Below, piece after piece: positions 38,177 through 46,543 of a stretch of 54,224 nucleotides of DNA. Made by a program: the position numbers and the translations under genes. The number at the start of each line of letters is the position of its first letter. Positions within the stretch are counted from its first letter, which is position 1. Origin of the DNA: an uncultured Flavonifractor sp. (GTDB lineage Bacteria > Bacillota > Clostridia > Oscillospirales > Oscillospiraceae). The notes below the pieces were generated by a model. The model did not search any database and was not told where the DNA came from. It worked only from the letters and a program-made list of their open reading frames with translations. The stretch is taken from the NCBI GenBank assembly GCA_944383125.1, contig CALWOK010000171.1, positions 1-54,224 on the forward strand, given 5' to 3'.

Positions 38177-39472
38177 TTATCTTTCTTGTTGCAGTTCGTC
38201 CTGGAACAGGACTTCTCCGCCCACAATGGTATACTTTACCCGGCCTCTCAGTTCCATACCGGCAAAGGGGGTATTGCGGCCCATGGAGGCAAACTGCTCC
38301 GGGTCCACCGTCCACCGCTCATCTGGATCAAAGAGGATCAGGTCGGCGTCTGCACCAATGGCCAGCCGTCCCTTGGTGGGCAGCCGGAGAATACAGGCTG
38401 GATTGATGGTCATTTTCCGCAGGATATCAGACAGGGGCATTTCCCCGGTATGGTACAGATAGGTCAGCGTCACGCCCAGCGCCGTTTCCAGTCCAACCAT
38501 GCCGCTGGGCGCCTCGGTCAGCGGTCTGGCCTTTTCTTCCGCAGAATGGGGCGCATGGTCGGTGGCAATGGCATCAATGGTGCCGTCCTTCAAGCCTTCG
38601 ATGATGGCTTCCACATCGGACCAGGTACGCAGAGGGGGATTAACCCGGGCCATGGTACCCTTACTGAGAATTTCATCTTCGGTAAGAGAAAAATACTGGG
38701 GGCAGGTTTCACAGGTAATCTGTACCCCCTTACGCTTGTAGCGCCGCACGATGGCTACCGACTTGGCGGTTGAAATATGGCAAATATGGACGGCGGCGCC
38801 GGTCTCCTCCGCCAGCATGGCGTCCCGGGCCACCATCAGCTCCTCTGCAATGGCGGGACGGCCGTTGAGCCGCAGCTGCCGGGATACCCGTCCTTCGTTG
38901 ACGGCATAGTTTTTTACCATATCTGCATCTTCACAGTGGGACAGGATTGTCAGATGTTTCCGGTGGGCCATAATCAGCCCGTCCCGCATCAGATTGGCGC
39001 TCTGCACCGGCACCCCATCGTCCGAGAGGGCTACCACACCGGCTTGTTTCAGGGCTTCAAAGTCGGTCAGCGCTTCTCCCCGCTGTCCTTTGGATACGGC
39101 GCCGATAGGCCAGACATGGACGCCGCAGGCCTGCGAGGCCTTTTGCAGCACATAGTCCACCTGTTCCGGGCAGTCTATCGTGGGCCTGGTGTTGGGCATA
39201 CAGGCAATGGAGGTAAAGCCCCCTCGTGCAGCGGCCGCCGTACCGGTTGCAATCGTCTCCTTATGGGTAAAGCCTGGCTCCCGCAGGTGAACATGCATAT
39301 CCACCAGACCGGCGCACACCGTCAATCCTGTGGCGTCAATGATTTTGGCATCCGGTTCCTGGATATTGCTGCCGATTACGGTTATTTTGCCGTCTTCCAT
39401 CAGAATATCCATAATGCCGCCGATGCCGCCTACCGGGTCAACCAACCGGCCGTGACGAATCAATAGTTTCAC
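38177..39472 (-). CDS. pyrC: Dihydroorotase
   Basis: DMHVHLREPG, MPNT, SHCED, HICHIST, VNPPLR, ATDHAPH; GTG start 39472 after AGGAGTG. Confidence 0.97.
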   Translation of the reverse strand: MKLLIRHGRLVDPVGGIGGIMDILMEDGKITVIGSNIQEPDAKIIDATGLTVCAGLVDMHVHLREPGFTHKETIATGTAAAARGGFTSIACMPNTRPTIDCPEQVDYVLQKASQACGVHVWPIGAVSKGQRGEALTDFEALKQAGVVALSDDGVPVQSANLMRDGLIMAHRKHLTILSHCEDADMVKNYAVNEGRVSRQLRLNGRPAIAEELMVARDAMLAEETGAAVHICHISTAKSVAIVRRYKRKGVQITCETCPQYFSLTEDEILSKGTMARVNPPLRTWSDVEAIIEGLKDGTIDAIATDHAPHSAEEKARPLTEAPSGMVGLETALGVTLTYLYHTGEMPLSDILRKMTINPACILRLPTKGRLAIGADADLILFDPDERWTVDPEQFASMGRNTPFAGMELRGRVKYTIVGGEVLFQDELQQER

Positions 39473-39509
39473 CAGATCACTCCTTCCAGCAGGGTAGGTT
39501 TTATACAGC

Positions 39510-39597
39510 AAAAAAGGGCACAGGGCCAACCCCCGTCCCCACCTGCAAGCAACGCTTCCGTGCTTTTCATTATACCTTCATTCTCATTATTTAGCAA
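39510..39597 (-). promoter_or_regulatory. SigA promoter and leader terminator (attenuator candidate) of the pyrCFKD operon
   Basis: TTGCTA (39597-39592), 17 bp, TATAAT (39574-39569); leader hairpin GGGGACGGGG...CCCTGTGCCC plus TTTTTT (39540-39510) upstream of the pyrC SD. Confidence 0.7.
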
Positions 39598-39656
39598 CGG
39601 ATTTTTCTGTTTTTCCGGCAATAATATAGAGGCACCAACAGAAGGGAGCTGATCAA

Positions 39657-39833
39657 ATGACCAAGCATGGATTTTTAGGTGGTATGGGGCTTGGGATTCT
39701 GGCCGGCGCAGCCATGGGCATGGCTGTGACTGCTATGGGGATGCAGGACCCCCAAATGCGGCGGATGGCCCGCAAGGCAGCCAGAAAAATGGAACACATG
39801 AAGTGTAACCTGGCCGACAACATGGGGTTCTGA
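39657..39833 (+). CDS. Small 58-aa membrane-anchored protein (YtxH-like architecture), absent from the ORF track
   Basis: MTKHGFLGGMGLGILAGAAMGMAVTAMGMQDPQMRRMARKAARKMEHMKCNLADNMGF*; SD AAGGGAG; followed by a palindromic hairpin. Confidence 0.75.
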   Translation: MTKHGFLGGMGLGILAGAAMGMAVTAMGMQDPQMRRMARKAARKMEHMKCNLADNMGF

Positions 39834-39845
39834 CCCGCACACAGC

Positions 39846-39873
39846 ACAAGGGCCGCCATATGGCGGCCCTTGT
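39846..39873. terminator. Perfect 28-bp palindrome between convergent genes
   Basis: ACAAGGGCCGCCAT|ATGGCGGCCCTTGT. Confidence 0.7.
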
Positions 39874-39889
39874 ATGTTGTCCGGCAGGG

Positions 39890-41374
39890 TTATTGCTCCG
39901 GGTAGAAGCCGGAGGGGGTTTCTGCCAGATTGATCATAATGTTCTTCATCTGAGTGTAGTGCTCCAGAATGACCTTGTGGGTCTCCCGACCGATGCCGCT
40001 GGTTTTATAGCCGCCGAAGGGGGCGCCCTCTGGGATGGCGTTATAGGTATTGACCCACATGCGGCCGGTTTCAATGCCACGGGATACCCGGATGGCCCGG
40101 TTGATGTCCCGGGTCCACACGGCGCCGCCCAAGCCATATTCGCTGTCGTTGGCCATGGCAATGACCTCATCCTCGTCGTGGAACTTGATCACACAGGCCA
40201 CAGGCCCGAAAATTTCCTCCTGGGCCACCCGCATCTTGTTGTTCACGTCCACCAGCAGGGTCGGCTTCATGAAGCAGCCTTTGGCCAGTGCTCCTTCATC
40301 CGCCCGGACGCCGCCGCAGGCCACCCTGGCCCCCTCCTGCTTGCCGATGTCGATATAGTTCAGAATCTTCTTGACCTGATGCTCGTTGATCTGGGAACCC
40401 ATCTGGGTCTCTTTCTCCCAGGGCATACCGACCTTCACGGCATGGAAGCGCTTGGTGGCCTCCTCCACAAACCTGTCATAGATGGTGTCCTGTACAAACA
40501 CACGGGAACCGGCACAGCACACCTGGCCCTGATTGAACAGGATGCCCAGCTGGAGGCCGTCCATAGCCATATCCCACTTGCAGTCATCAAAGTAGATATT
40601 GGCGCTCTTGCCGCCCAGTTCCAGGGTGGAGGGGATGAGCCGCTGGGCCGCTGCCAGGGCCACGTTACGGCCCACCTCGGTAGAGCCGGTGAAGGCCAGC
40701 TTGCGGAACCCGGGATGATCCAGAATATACTGACCCGACTTGGAGCCGGAACCGGTAATGACGTTGAACACACCAGCGGGAATGATATCCTGGGTCAGGC
40801 GTGCCAGCTCCAGGACGCTGAGGGGGGTGTCGCTGGAAGGTTTGAACACGGTGCAGCAACCGGCGGCCAGCACCGGGGCCAGCTTCCAGGCCGCCATCAG
40901 GAAGGGAAAGTTCCAGGGAACAATCTGTCCCACCACGCCGATAGGTTCCCGCAGAATCAGGGAGAGGGTGGAGCCGTCCAGAACATTGGCAGACCCCTCT
41001 TCCGCCATGATACAGCCGGCAAAATAGCGGAAGTGCCGGACGGAATAGGGTACGTCAATGGCCAGAGTCTCCCGGATGGGTTTGCCGTTATCCATGGATT
41101 CCACCATGGCCAGGTGCTCTGCATTGGCCTCAATGACATCGGCTACCTTGTTGAGGATGGCAGCCCGCTCGTTGACCGTAACGTTCTTCCAGGTCTTGAA
41201 TGCCTCCCAGGCGGCGGCAACTGCGGCATCCACGTCCTCCTTGGTAGCCTGGGCACAGGTGGACAGCAGTTCTCCGTTGGCAGGGCAATGAGTCTCAAAG
41301 GTAGCACCATCACTGGCGGGTACCCACGTCCCATTGATATACAACCCATATTGTTCCTGCGTCAGCCGTTCCAT
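39890..41374 (-). CDS. NAD-dependent aldehyde dehydrogenase
   Basis: IVPWNFP, FTGSTEVG, LELGGKS (catalytic Glu), NQGQVCCAGSR (catalytic Cys), EEIFGPV, PFGGYKTSG. Confidence 0.97.
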   Translation of the reverse strand: MERLTQEQYGLYINGTWVPASDGATFETHCPANGELLSTCAQATKEDVDAAVAAAWEAFKTWKNVTVNERAAILNKVADVIEANAEHLAMVESMDNGKPIRETLAIDVPYSVRHFRYFAGCIMAEEGSANVLDGSTLSLILREPIGVVGQIVPWNFPFLMAAWKLAPVLAAGCCTVFKPSSDTPLSVLELARLTQDIIPAGVFNVITGSGSKSGQYILDHPGFRKLAFTGSTEVGRNVALAAAQRLIPSTLELGGKSANIYFDDCKWDMAMDGLQLGILFNQGQVCCAGSRVFVQDTIYDRFVEEATKRFHAVKVGMPWEKETQMGSQINEHQVKKILNYIDIGKQEGARVACGGVRADEGALAKGCFMKPTLLVDVNNKMRVAQEEIFGPVACVIKFHDEDEVIAMANDSEYGLGGAVWTRDINRAIRVSRGIETGRMWVNTYNAIPEGAPFGGYKTSGIGRETHKVILEHYTQMKNIMINLAETPSGFYPEQ

Positions 41375-41424
41375 TATGATACTTCCTTTCTGTATAAATG
41401 AGATCTCTTGATTGAGTATTTATG

Positions 41425-41559
41425 TGAACTATTGAGTTCAGATACAGTATAGCACCCAAAATGCAAAAGTCAAGTGGTTTTATCGAAAAAAGTTGTTAAT
41501 TTTATGACAGAATAATATTATGTCATATATTTGACAATATATTGTTTGTGTTTTCACAA
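41425..41559 (-). promoter_or_regulatory. Aldehyde dehydrogenase promoter with Rex-like boxes and a palindromic operator
   Basis: Minus strand TTGACT (41473-41468), 16 bp, TG-n-TATACT (41451-41446); TGAACT-N4-AGTTCA (41425-41440); three TTGT-N10-ACAA-like sites starting at 41493, 41520 and 41542. Confidence 0.6.
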
Positions 41560-41567
41560 TTTAACAC

Positions 41568-41604
41568 AAAAGAAAACGGCCTGCTTCAAAGCAAAGAGCA
41601 GGCC
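41568..41604 (-). terminator. Terminator after sigE
   Basis: GGCCTGCT / AGCAGGCC stem (41578-41604), then GTTTTCTTTT on the minus strand. Confidence 0.7.
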
Positions 41605-41611
41605 CGAGATC

Positions 41612-42331
41612 TTACATAAGCCGCAGAATTTCCCGCTTCAGCCGGGCAATAATCCGCTTTTCCAGCCGGGAAATATAGGATTGGGAGATGCCAAGGCTGT
41701 CTGCCACCTCTTTCTGGGTACGCTCCGATTGTCCGTCCAGTCCGAAGCGCTGGGTAATAATCTTGCGCTCCCGGCTGTCCAGCTTTTCCATGGCATCAAA
41801 AAGCAGCTTGCGGTCCACATCTTCTTCAATGGGTTTCATGACCAGATCCACTTCTGTCCCCAGAATATCGGACAGCAACAGTTCATTCCCGTCCCAGTCG
41901 GTGTTCAGCGGCTCATCAAAGGACACTTCGCTTTTCAAGTTGGTGGTTTTGCGCAGATGCATGAGAATTTCATTTTCAATGCACCGGGAGGCATAGGTGG
42001 CCAGTTTGATATTTTTAGCAGGTTGATAGGTGTTGATTGCCTTGATCAGACCAATGGTACCAATGGATATCAGATCCTCAATCCCCACCCCGGTGTTCTC
42101 AAACCGGCGGGCGATATATACCACAAGACGCAGGTTGCGTTCTATCAGTTGTCCCTTGACCGCTTCCTCTCCCTGATCCAGTCTGGAGATCAAACCGGCT
42201 TCCTCGTCCCTGGTGAGGGGGGGCGGCAGGGTATCGCTCCCACCAATGTACATGATTTTGCCCGGCAGCTTCAATCCCAGCCTGGCCAACAGCTTTTGCA
42301 GGCCCACATACAGAGCAGCCTTCCAGCCCAT
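41612..42331 (-). CDS. sigE: Sporulation sigma factor pro-SigE
   Basis: Pro-sequence then [69 protein letters not shown]; 239 aa, downstream of spoIIGA. Confidence 0.97.
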   Translation of the reverse strand: MGWKAALYVGLQKLLARLGLKLPGKIMYIGGSDTLPPPLTRDEEAGLISRLDQGEEAVKGQLIERNLRLVVYIARRFENTGVGIEDLISIGTIGLIKAINTYQPAKNIKLATYASRCIENEILMHLRKTTNLKSEVSFDEPLNTDWDGNELLLSDILGTEVDLVMKPIEEDVDRKLLFDAMEKLDSRERKIITQRFGLDGQSERTQKEVADSLGISQSYISRLEKRIIARLKREILRLM

Positions 42332-42345
42332 CCTGTTTTCCTCCT

Positions 42346-43194
42346 TTATGCTCCAATCAATGCACAGTATCCGCCCCCGTCCGTCAGGTGGGTTGGGGAA
42401 AGCGCAACCAGCAGGGGACCGTAGTCCTTGGCGCCCACCTGTACCCGATCCAGCCGCAGCGCCAGCAGCATACCGCACTCTACCCCCACCGCCTGATAGG
42501 GCAGCAGACGGCAGCGCACACCAGCGGCGCCCATTTTGGCCAAGACGGCGGCAGGGTCTTTCAATTCTGCCGGAGTGGGCGCACGTCCCCTGGGAAACAG
42601 GCCGGCTGCCTTTTCCCCCTCGGCCACCAACACCGGACGGCCGGAAACCGGATCTGTCAGCGTATTTCCGGTATCCACCAGCGCCGTCAGTACCACCTTC
42701 CGCTCCCCCAGTGTGAGGACAGCCGGGGCCAGCTCTTGCCGTGGACTGTGAAGAGCAGCCCGGTGAAAGAGGAGGGTTATCCCTCCATAACACCCCACCG
42801 CCGACAACAGCACCAGCTTCAGATCCAAGGAAGAGGACAGCACCCCGTTGTCCAGGGCCAGGGTACGGCTGCCCAGCAGCTGCAGGGCAAAGATGCCCCC
42901 GCCAAAGGCGGCGGAAACCGCCAGAAATACCAGGCACAGCCGCAGCAGCCGGCGGCTGCCCCCATATCCCATCAGCACAGCCGCCACAGCCGCCCCCAGC
43001 TTGCATAGGGGGTGGAGCAAACATCCAAGACCCGGCAGGCAGGCAGCTCCGGCATACATTGCTCCCACAGCTGCCCCCAGGGCCAGTCTGCCCCGCCGGA
43101 GCACCTCTCCGGCCAGTCTGCCTGAGGCCAGCAGGAGCAAATAGTCCACCACAAAATTCAGCAGCACCACCTCATCCAGATAGACTACTGTCAC
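42346..43194 (-). CDS. spoIIGA: SigE-processing aspartic peptidase SpoIIGA
   Basis: VYLD...LNF.VDY.LL N-terminus, several TM segments, [15 protein letters not shown] catalytic motif; GTG start 43194. Confidence 0.93.
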   Translation of the reverse strand: MTVVYLDEVVLLNFVVDYLLLLASGRLAGEVLRRGRLALGAAVGAMYAGAACLPGLGCLLHPLCKLGAAVAAVLMGYGGSRRLLRLCLVFLAVSAAFGGGIFALQLLGSRTLALDNGVLSSSLDLKLVLLSAVGCYGGITLLFHRAALHSPRQELAPAVLTLGERKVVLTALVDTGNTLTDPVSGRPVLVAEGEKAAGLFPRGRAPTPAELKDPAAVLAKMGAAGVRCRLLPYQAVGVECGMLLALRLDRVQVGAKDYGPLLVALSPTHLTDGGGYCALIGA

Positions 43195-43240
43195 GCCGCT
43201 CTCCCCCCCTTTTGTACCCCCTCGTAGATGCGCACGCCCC

Positions 43241-43273
43241 ATTATACCGGCCCGTCTCCATAAAAAAAGTCAT
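43241..43273 (-). promoter_or_regulatory. Putative spoIIG promoter with over-long spacer (Spo0A-activated type)
   Basis: Minus strand ATGACT (43273-43268), 21 bp, TATAAT (43246-43241); 21-22 bp spacers are known for Bacillus spoIIE/spoIIG. Confidence 0.5.
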
Positions 43274-43317
43274 AAGCACCCCCACCCTGAAAGTCGGTCT
43301 ATCTCCAAGCATCCCGC

Positions 43318-43358
43318 AAAAAACCGCAAGAGACGCATCAAATTGCGTCTCTTGCGGT
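43318..43358 (-). terminator. Terminator after hisC
   Basis: 15-bp stem ACCGCAAGAGACGCA / TGCGTCTCTTGCGGT followed by a T-run on the minus strand. Confidence 0.85.
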
Positions 43359-43367
43359 CCATTCTTC

Positions 43368-44432
43368 TTATGACTGCTCTAGCAGCTGGGCCAGTGCATG
43401 ACACAGCGCATCCATCTCCTGATCGGTTCCAATGGTGATGCGCAGGTAGTTGCTGATACGGGGCTTGTCCCACCAGCGTACCAGAATCCCCTTTTGGCGC
43501 AGGCCATCCAGCAGGGTTTTGGCCGCTGTATGGGGATGGGAGGCAAACAGGAAATTGGCCGAGGAGTCAATCACCTGAAATCCCATGGCTTTCAGCCGTT
43601 CTGCGGTACTGTCTCTGGTGTGGCAAATTTTTGCTGCGGTGGCCTGCAAATACTGCCGGTCCCGCAGAGCGCCCTCTGCACCTGCCAGGGCCAGCCGGTC
43701 CAGGGTGTAGGAATTAAAGGAATTTTTTACGCTGTTGAGGGCGGCAATTAAATTTTGATGGGCAAATGCAAAGCCCACACGCAGACCGGCCAGCGCCCTG
43801 GATTTGGACAGGGTCTGTACCACCACCAGATTGGGGTAGCGGTCCACCAGTTCAATGGCGGAACGGGCGCCGAAGTCCACATAGGCCTCGTCCACCACCA
43901 CAACCGAGGCCGGATTGCCCTCCAAGACGGCCTGGATGCCGCTGAGGGAAAGGGCCAGTCCGGTGGGGGCATTGGGGTTGGCAATGACTACTCCGCCATT
44001 TTGCTCCAAAAAGGGTGCTAACGGGACGGCAAAGTGCTGGTCCAGAGGGATCTGCCGGTACTTCAGACCGTACAGGTCGGCATATACCGTGTAAAAGCTG
44101 TAGGTGATATCGGGAAACAGAATGGTGCGCTCCGGATCAAAAAAAGCCTGAAAACAGAGCGCAAGCACCTCATCAGAACCATTTCCCACAAAAATTTGAT
44201 CTGTGTTCAGACCATAGGTTTCCGCCAGCACCTCCCGCAGAGACCTACACTCCGGGTCTGGATAGAGCCGCAAGGTATCATTTGCCGCCTCCCGGATTGC
44301 CGCCAGGGCCATGGCGGAGGGGGGGTAGGGATTTTCATTGGTGTTCAGTTTAATCAGCTGTTCCTGCCGGGGCTGTTCCCCCGGGACGTATGGGGTCAGT
44401 TCTCTGGCCCGCTTGCTCCAAAGTTCCTTCAT
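43368..44432 (-). CDS. hisC: Histidinol-phosphate aminotransferase
   Basis: PYVPGEQP, KLNTNENPY, LRLYPD, GNGSDE, NPNAPTG, DEAYVDF, TLSKSRALAGLRVG (PLP lysine). Confidence 0.96.
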   Translation of the reverse strand: MKELWSKRARELTPYVPGEQPRQEQLIKLNTNENPYPPSAMALAAIREAANDTLRLYPDPECRSLREVLAETYGLNTDQIFVGNGSDEVLALCFQAFFDPERTILFPDITYSFYTVYADLYGLKYRQIPLDQHFAVPLAPFLEQNGGVVIANPNAPTGLALSLSGIQAVLEGNPASVVVVDEAYVDFGARSAIELVDRYPNLVVVQTLSKSRALAGLRVGFAFAHQNLIAALNSVKNSFNSYTLDRLALAGAEGALRDRQYLQATAAKICHTRDSTAERLKAMGFQVIDSSANFLFASHPHTAAKTLLDGLRQKGILVRWWDKPRISNYLRITIGTDQEMDALCHALAQLLEQS

Positions 44433-44623
44433 GGCTGTTCCTCTCCGGCCTGAATGACCTTTTTGATGCTCTTTTCCGCTTTACTCCGAGGAATCATCAG
44501 CTCATGGCCGCACCCCATACACCGCAGGCGAAAATCCATCCCGACCCGCAGTACCGTCCAGCGGCGGCTGCCGCAGGGGTGTTCCTTTTTCAGTTCCAAC
44601 ACATCGCCTACATGGATGTCCAC
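44429..44623 (-). CDS. DUF951 (YyzM-like) small protein
   Basis: VGDVLELKKEHPCGS..W.VLRVGMDFRL.C.GCGHELMIPR; stop overlaps the hisC start. Confidence 0.88.
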   Translation of the reverse strand: MDIHVGDVLELKKEHPCGSRRWTVLRVGMDFRLRCMGCGHELMIPRSKAEKSIKKVIQAGEEQP

Positions 44624-44640
44624 AGCAGGTTTCCCCCATT

Positions 44641-44691
44641 CACTTTATCGTTCTAAAGCATATTATAGCTTTCCCGCCCTGTCTCTGTCAA
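44641..44691 (-). promoter_or_regulatory. SigA promoter and HisR-type operator of DUF951-hisC
   Basis: Minus strand TTGACA (44691-44686), 18 bp, TATAAT (44667-44662); palindrome CACTTTA-N6-TAAAGCA (44641-44660) directly downstream of the -10. Confidence 0.75.
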
Positions 44692-44764
44692 TTCAAGGTT
44701 GCCTTTTGCATATAGTGGTCAGGTAAGAAAAATCCCGCCGGGACGCAGAAAGGATTTGGTTATA

Positions 44765-45700
44765 TTGACGAAGCAATTTCCGCCGGAAGGGCGGCTGCTG
44801 GACAGTCCGGAAAACAAAGCTGCCTGTGCCTGTCCAGAGTCCCTCCGGCAGGCCATGGAGCAAGGCGTCATTCTGGAGGGAATGGCACTGTCCTGCTCCC
44901 CGGAGCATCACCTTACCGTCTCGCTGGGTCCCTGGATTGGCACCATTCCACGGGAAGAGGCCGCCCTGGGCATTGCCGACGGCAGCACCAGAGAGATTGC
45001 AATTTTGTCCAGAGTTGGAAAGCCAGTTTGCTTTACAGTGAGTTCTCTGGAAGAGCAGGATGGGGAGATCCATCCCATCCTCTCCCGGCGGGCAGCACAG
45101 CAGCAAGCGCTGGACGCCATTATGACCGGCTTTGCCTCCGGTCAGATTATCCAGGCTACCGTAACCCACCTGGAGCCATTTGGGGCGTTTGTGGACATTG
45201 GCTGCGGCATCCCCTCCCTGATCGGGGTAGAAAATATTTCGGTCTCCCGCATCCCCCATCCAGGGGTGCGGTTTCAGGTGGGACAGGAAATTTTGGCAGT
45301 TGTCTTGGATCTTGACCCAATTCAGAAGCGGGTCTATCTGACCCATAAAGAGCTGCTGGGGACCTGGGAGGAAAATGCCGCCCGCTTTCAGCCGGGCATG
45401 ACGGTGCCCGGTGTGGTGCGTGGGATCAAGGACTACGGGGTATTTATAGAGCTTACCCCCAACCTGTCCGGTCTTGCAGAGCAGAATCCCTGCTTTACAG
45501 AGGGAACCCGGGTATCCGTATACATCAAGGCCATCCTCCCCCAGCGCATGAAGTTCAAGCTGCAGGTGATTGACTGCCTGCCGCCCATTCCCCAGCCACA
45601 GCCGCTGGAGTATTTTCTCCGTTCCGGTCAGCTGACCAAGTGGAAATATGCTCCTCAGGGGTGCAGTAAGGTGGGGATGGAAACCATCTTTTCCAGTTGA
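44765..45700 (+). CDS. S1 RNA-binding domain protein (about three S1 repeats)
   Basis: VTHLEPFGAFVDIGCG...ISVSRI.HP..RF.VGQ and GVVRGIKDYGVFIEL. Start uncertain (TTG 44756 or 44765). Confidence 0.85.
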   Translation: MTKQFPPEGRLLDSPENKAACACPESLRQAMEQGVILEGMALSCSPEHHLTVSLGPWIGTIPREEAALGIADGSTREIAILSRVGKPVCFTVSSLEEQDGEIHPILSRRAAQQQALDAIMTGFASGQIIQATVTHLEPFGAFVDIGCGIPSLIGVENISVSRIPHPGVRFQVGQEILAVVLDLDPIQKRVYLTHKELLGTWEENAARFQPGMTVPGVVRGIKDYGVFIELTPNLSGLAEQNPCFTEGTRVSVYIKAILPQRMKFKLQVIDCLPPIPQPQPLEYFLRSGQLTKWKYAPQGCSKVGMETIFSS

Positions 45701-45702
45701 GC

Positions 45703-45736
45703 AAAAGGGGCATACTCCTGTTGGGGTATGCCCTTT
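45703..45736 (+). terminator. Stem-loop terminator after the S1-domain gene
   Basis: GGGCATACTCC-TGTT-GGGGTATGCCC followed by TTT. Confidence 0.65.
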
Positions 45737-45844
45737 CCATTGTTCCGGCAGTGCAGCTGTGGTACAATCGTAAGAAAGCTGAAAGAATTCTCCCCTTTCC
45801 GTTGTAAGAAAGGGATGGTATTGTAAGGACAGGGAGGCGATGTT

Positions 45845-46543
45845 ATGAATGAAACCATCCTGGTGGTGGACGACGACGCAGAAATTGTGCGGGCCATCTC
45901 CATTTTACTGGAAAAAGAGGGCTATCGGGTCTTGAAAGCCTACAACGGCCTCCAGGCCCTGGAGCAGGCCCTGGACCCCGCCCTGCGGCTGATCCTGATG
46001 GACGTGATGATGCCCCAGCTGGAGGGGCTGTCGGCCGTGCTGAAGATCCGGGAGAAGCGCAACTTGCCGATTCTCATCCTCAGTGCCAAGAGCGAAGATA
46101 CCGACAAAGTCCTGGGCCTGTCCATGGGGGCAGATGACTATATTGCAAAGCCCTTTCACCCCCAGGAACTGGTGGCCCGGGTGCGCAGCCATCTGCGCCG
46201 GTATACTCAGCTGGGGGACGTCAACCATGCTCCGGGGACAGATGCTCTGGTCAACGGCAGGCTGCGCTATCTGCCCGAGGAGCACACCCTGCTGGTGGAC
46301 GGGGAGGCGGTGCGCCTCACCGCCACCGAACTGAAAATTGTGGAACTGCTCATGCGCCATGTGGGCCGGGTCTTTCCGGCAGAGGAAATTTACCGCCGGG
46401 TATGGCAGGAGGAACCCTATTCCGCAGAAAATACCGTTATGGTACACATACGGCGCATCCGGGAGAAAATTGAGCTGAATCCCAAAGAGCCGGAATATTT
46501 GAAGGTGGTGTGGGGCATTGGATATAAAATCGAAAAGCATTAA
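45845..46543 (+). CDS. OmpR/PhoB family response regulator
   Basis: ILVVDDD, LMDVMMP, LSAK, GADDYIAKPF; winged helix NTVMVHIRRIREKIE...VVWGIGY. Confidence 0.97.
   Translation: MNETILVVDDDAEIVRAISILLEKEGYRVLKAYNGLQALEQALDPALRLILMDVMMPQLEGLSAVLKIREKRNLPILILSAKSEDTDKVLGLSMGADDYIAKPFHPQELVARVRSHLRRYTQLGDVNHAPGTDALVNGRLRYLPEEHTLLVDGEAVRLTATELKIVELLMRHVGRVFPAEEIYRRVWQEEPYSAENTVMVHIRRIREKIELNPKEPEYLKVVWGIGYKIEKH

Noticed and set aside
39860-41401. 513-aa antisense ORF over the aldehyde dehydrogenase
   Set aside because: Shadow ORF nearly co-extensive with the real gene.
41612-43024. 470-aa ORF suggesting a SpoIIGA-SigE fusion or extended SigE
   Set aside because: The upstream part is an off-frame reading of spoIIGA; sigE has its own SD (AAGGAGG) and ATG at 42331 and a normal length.
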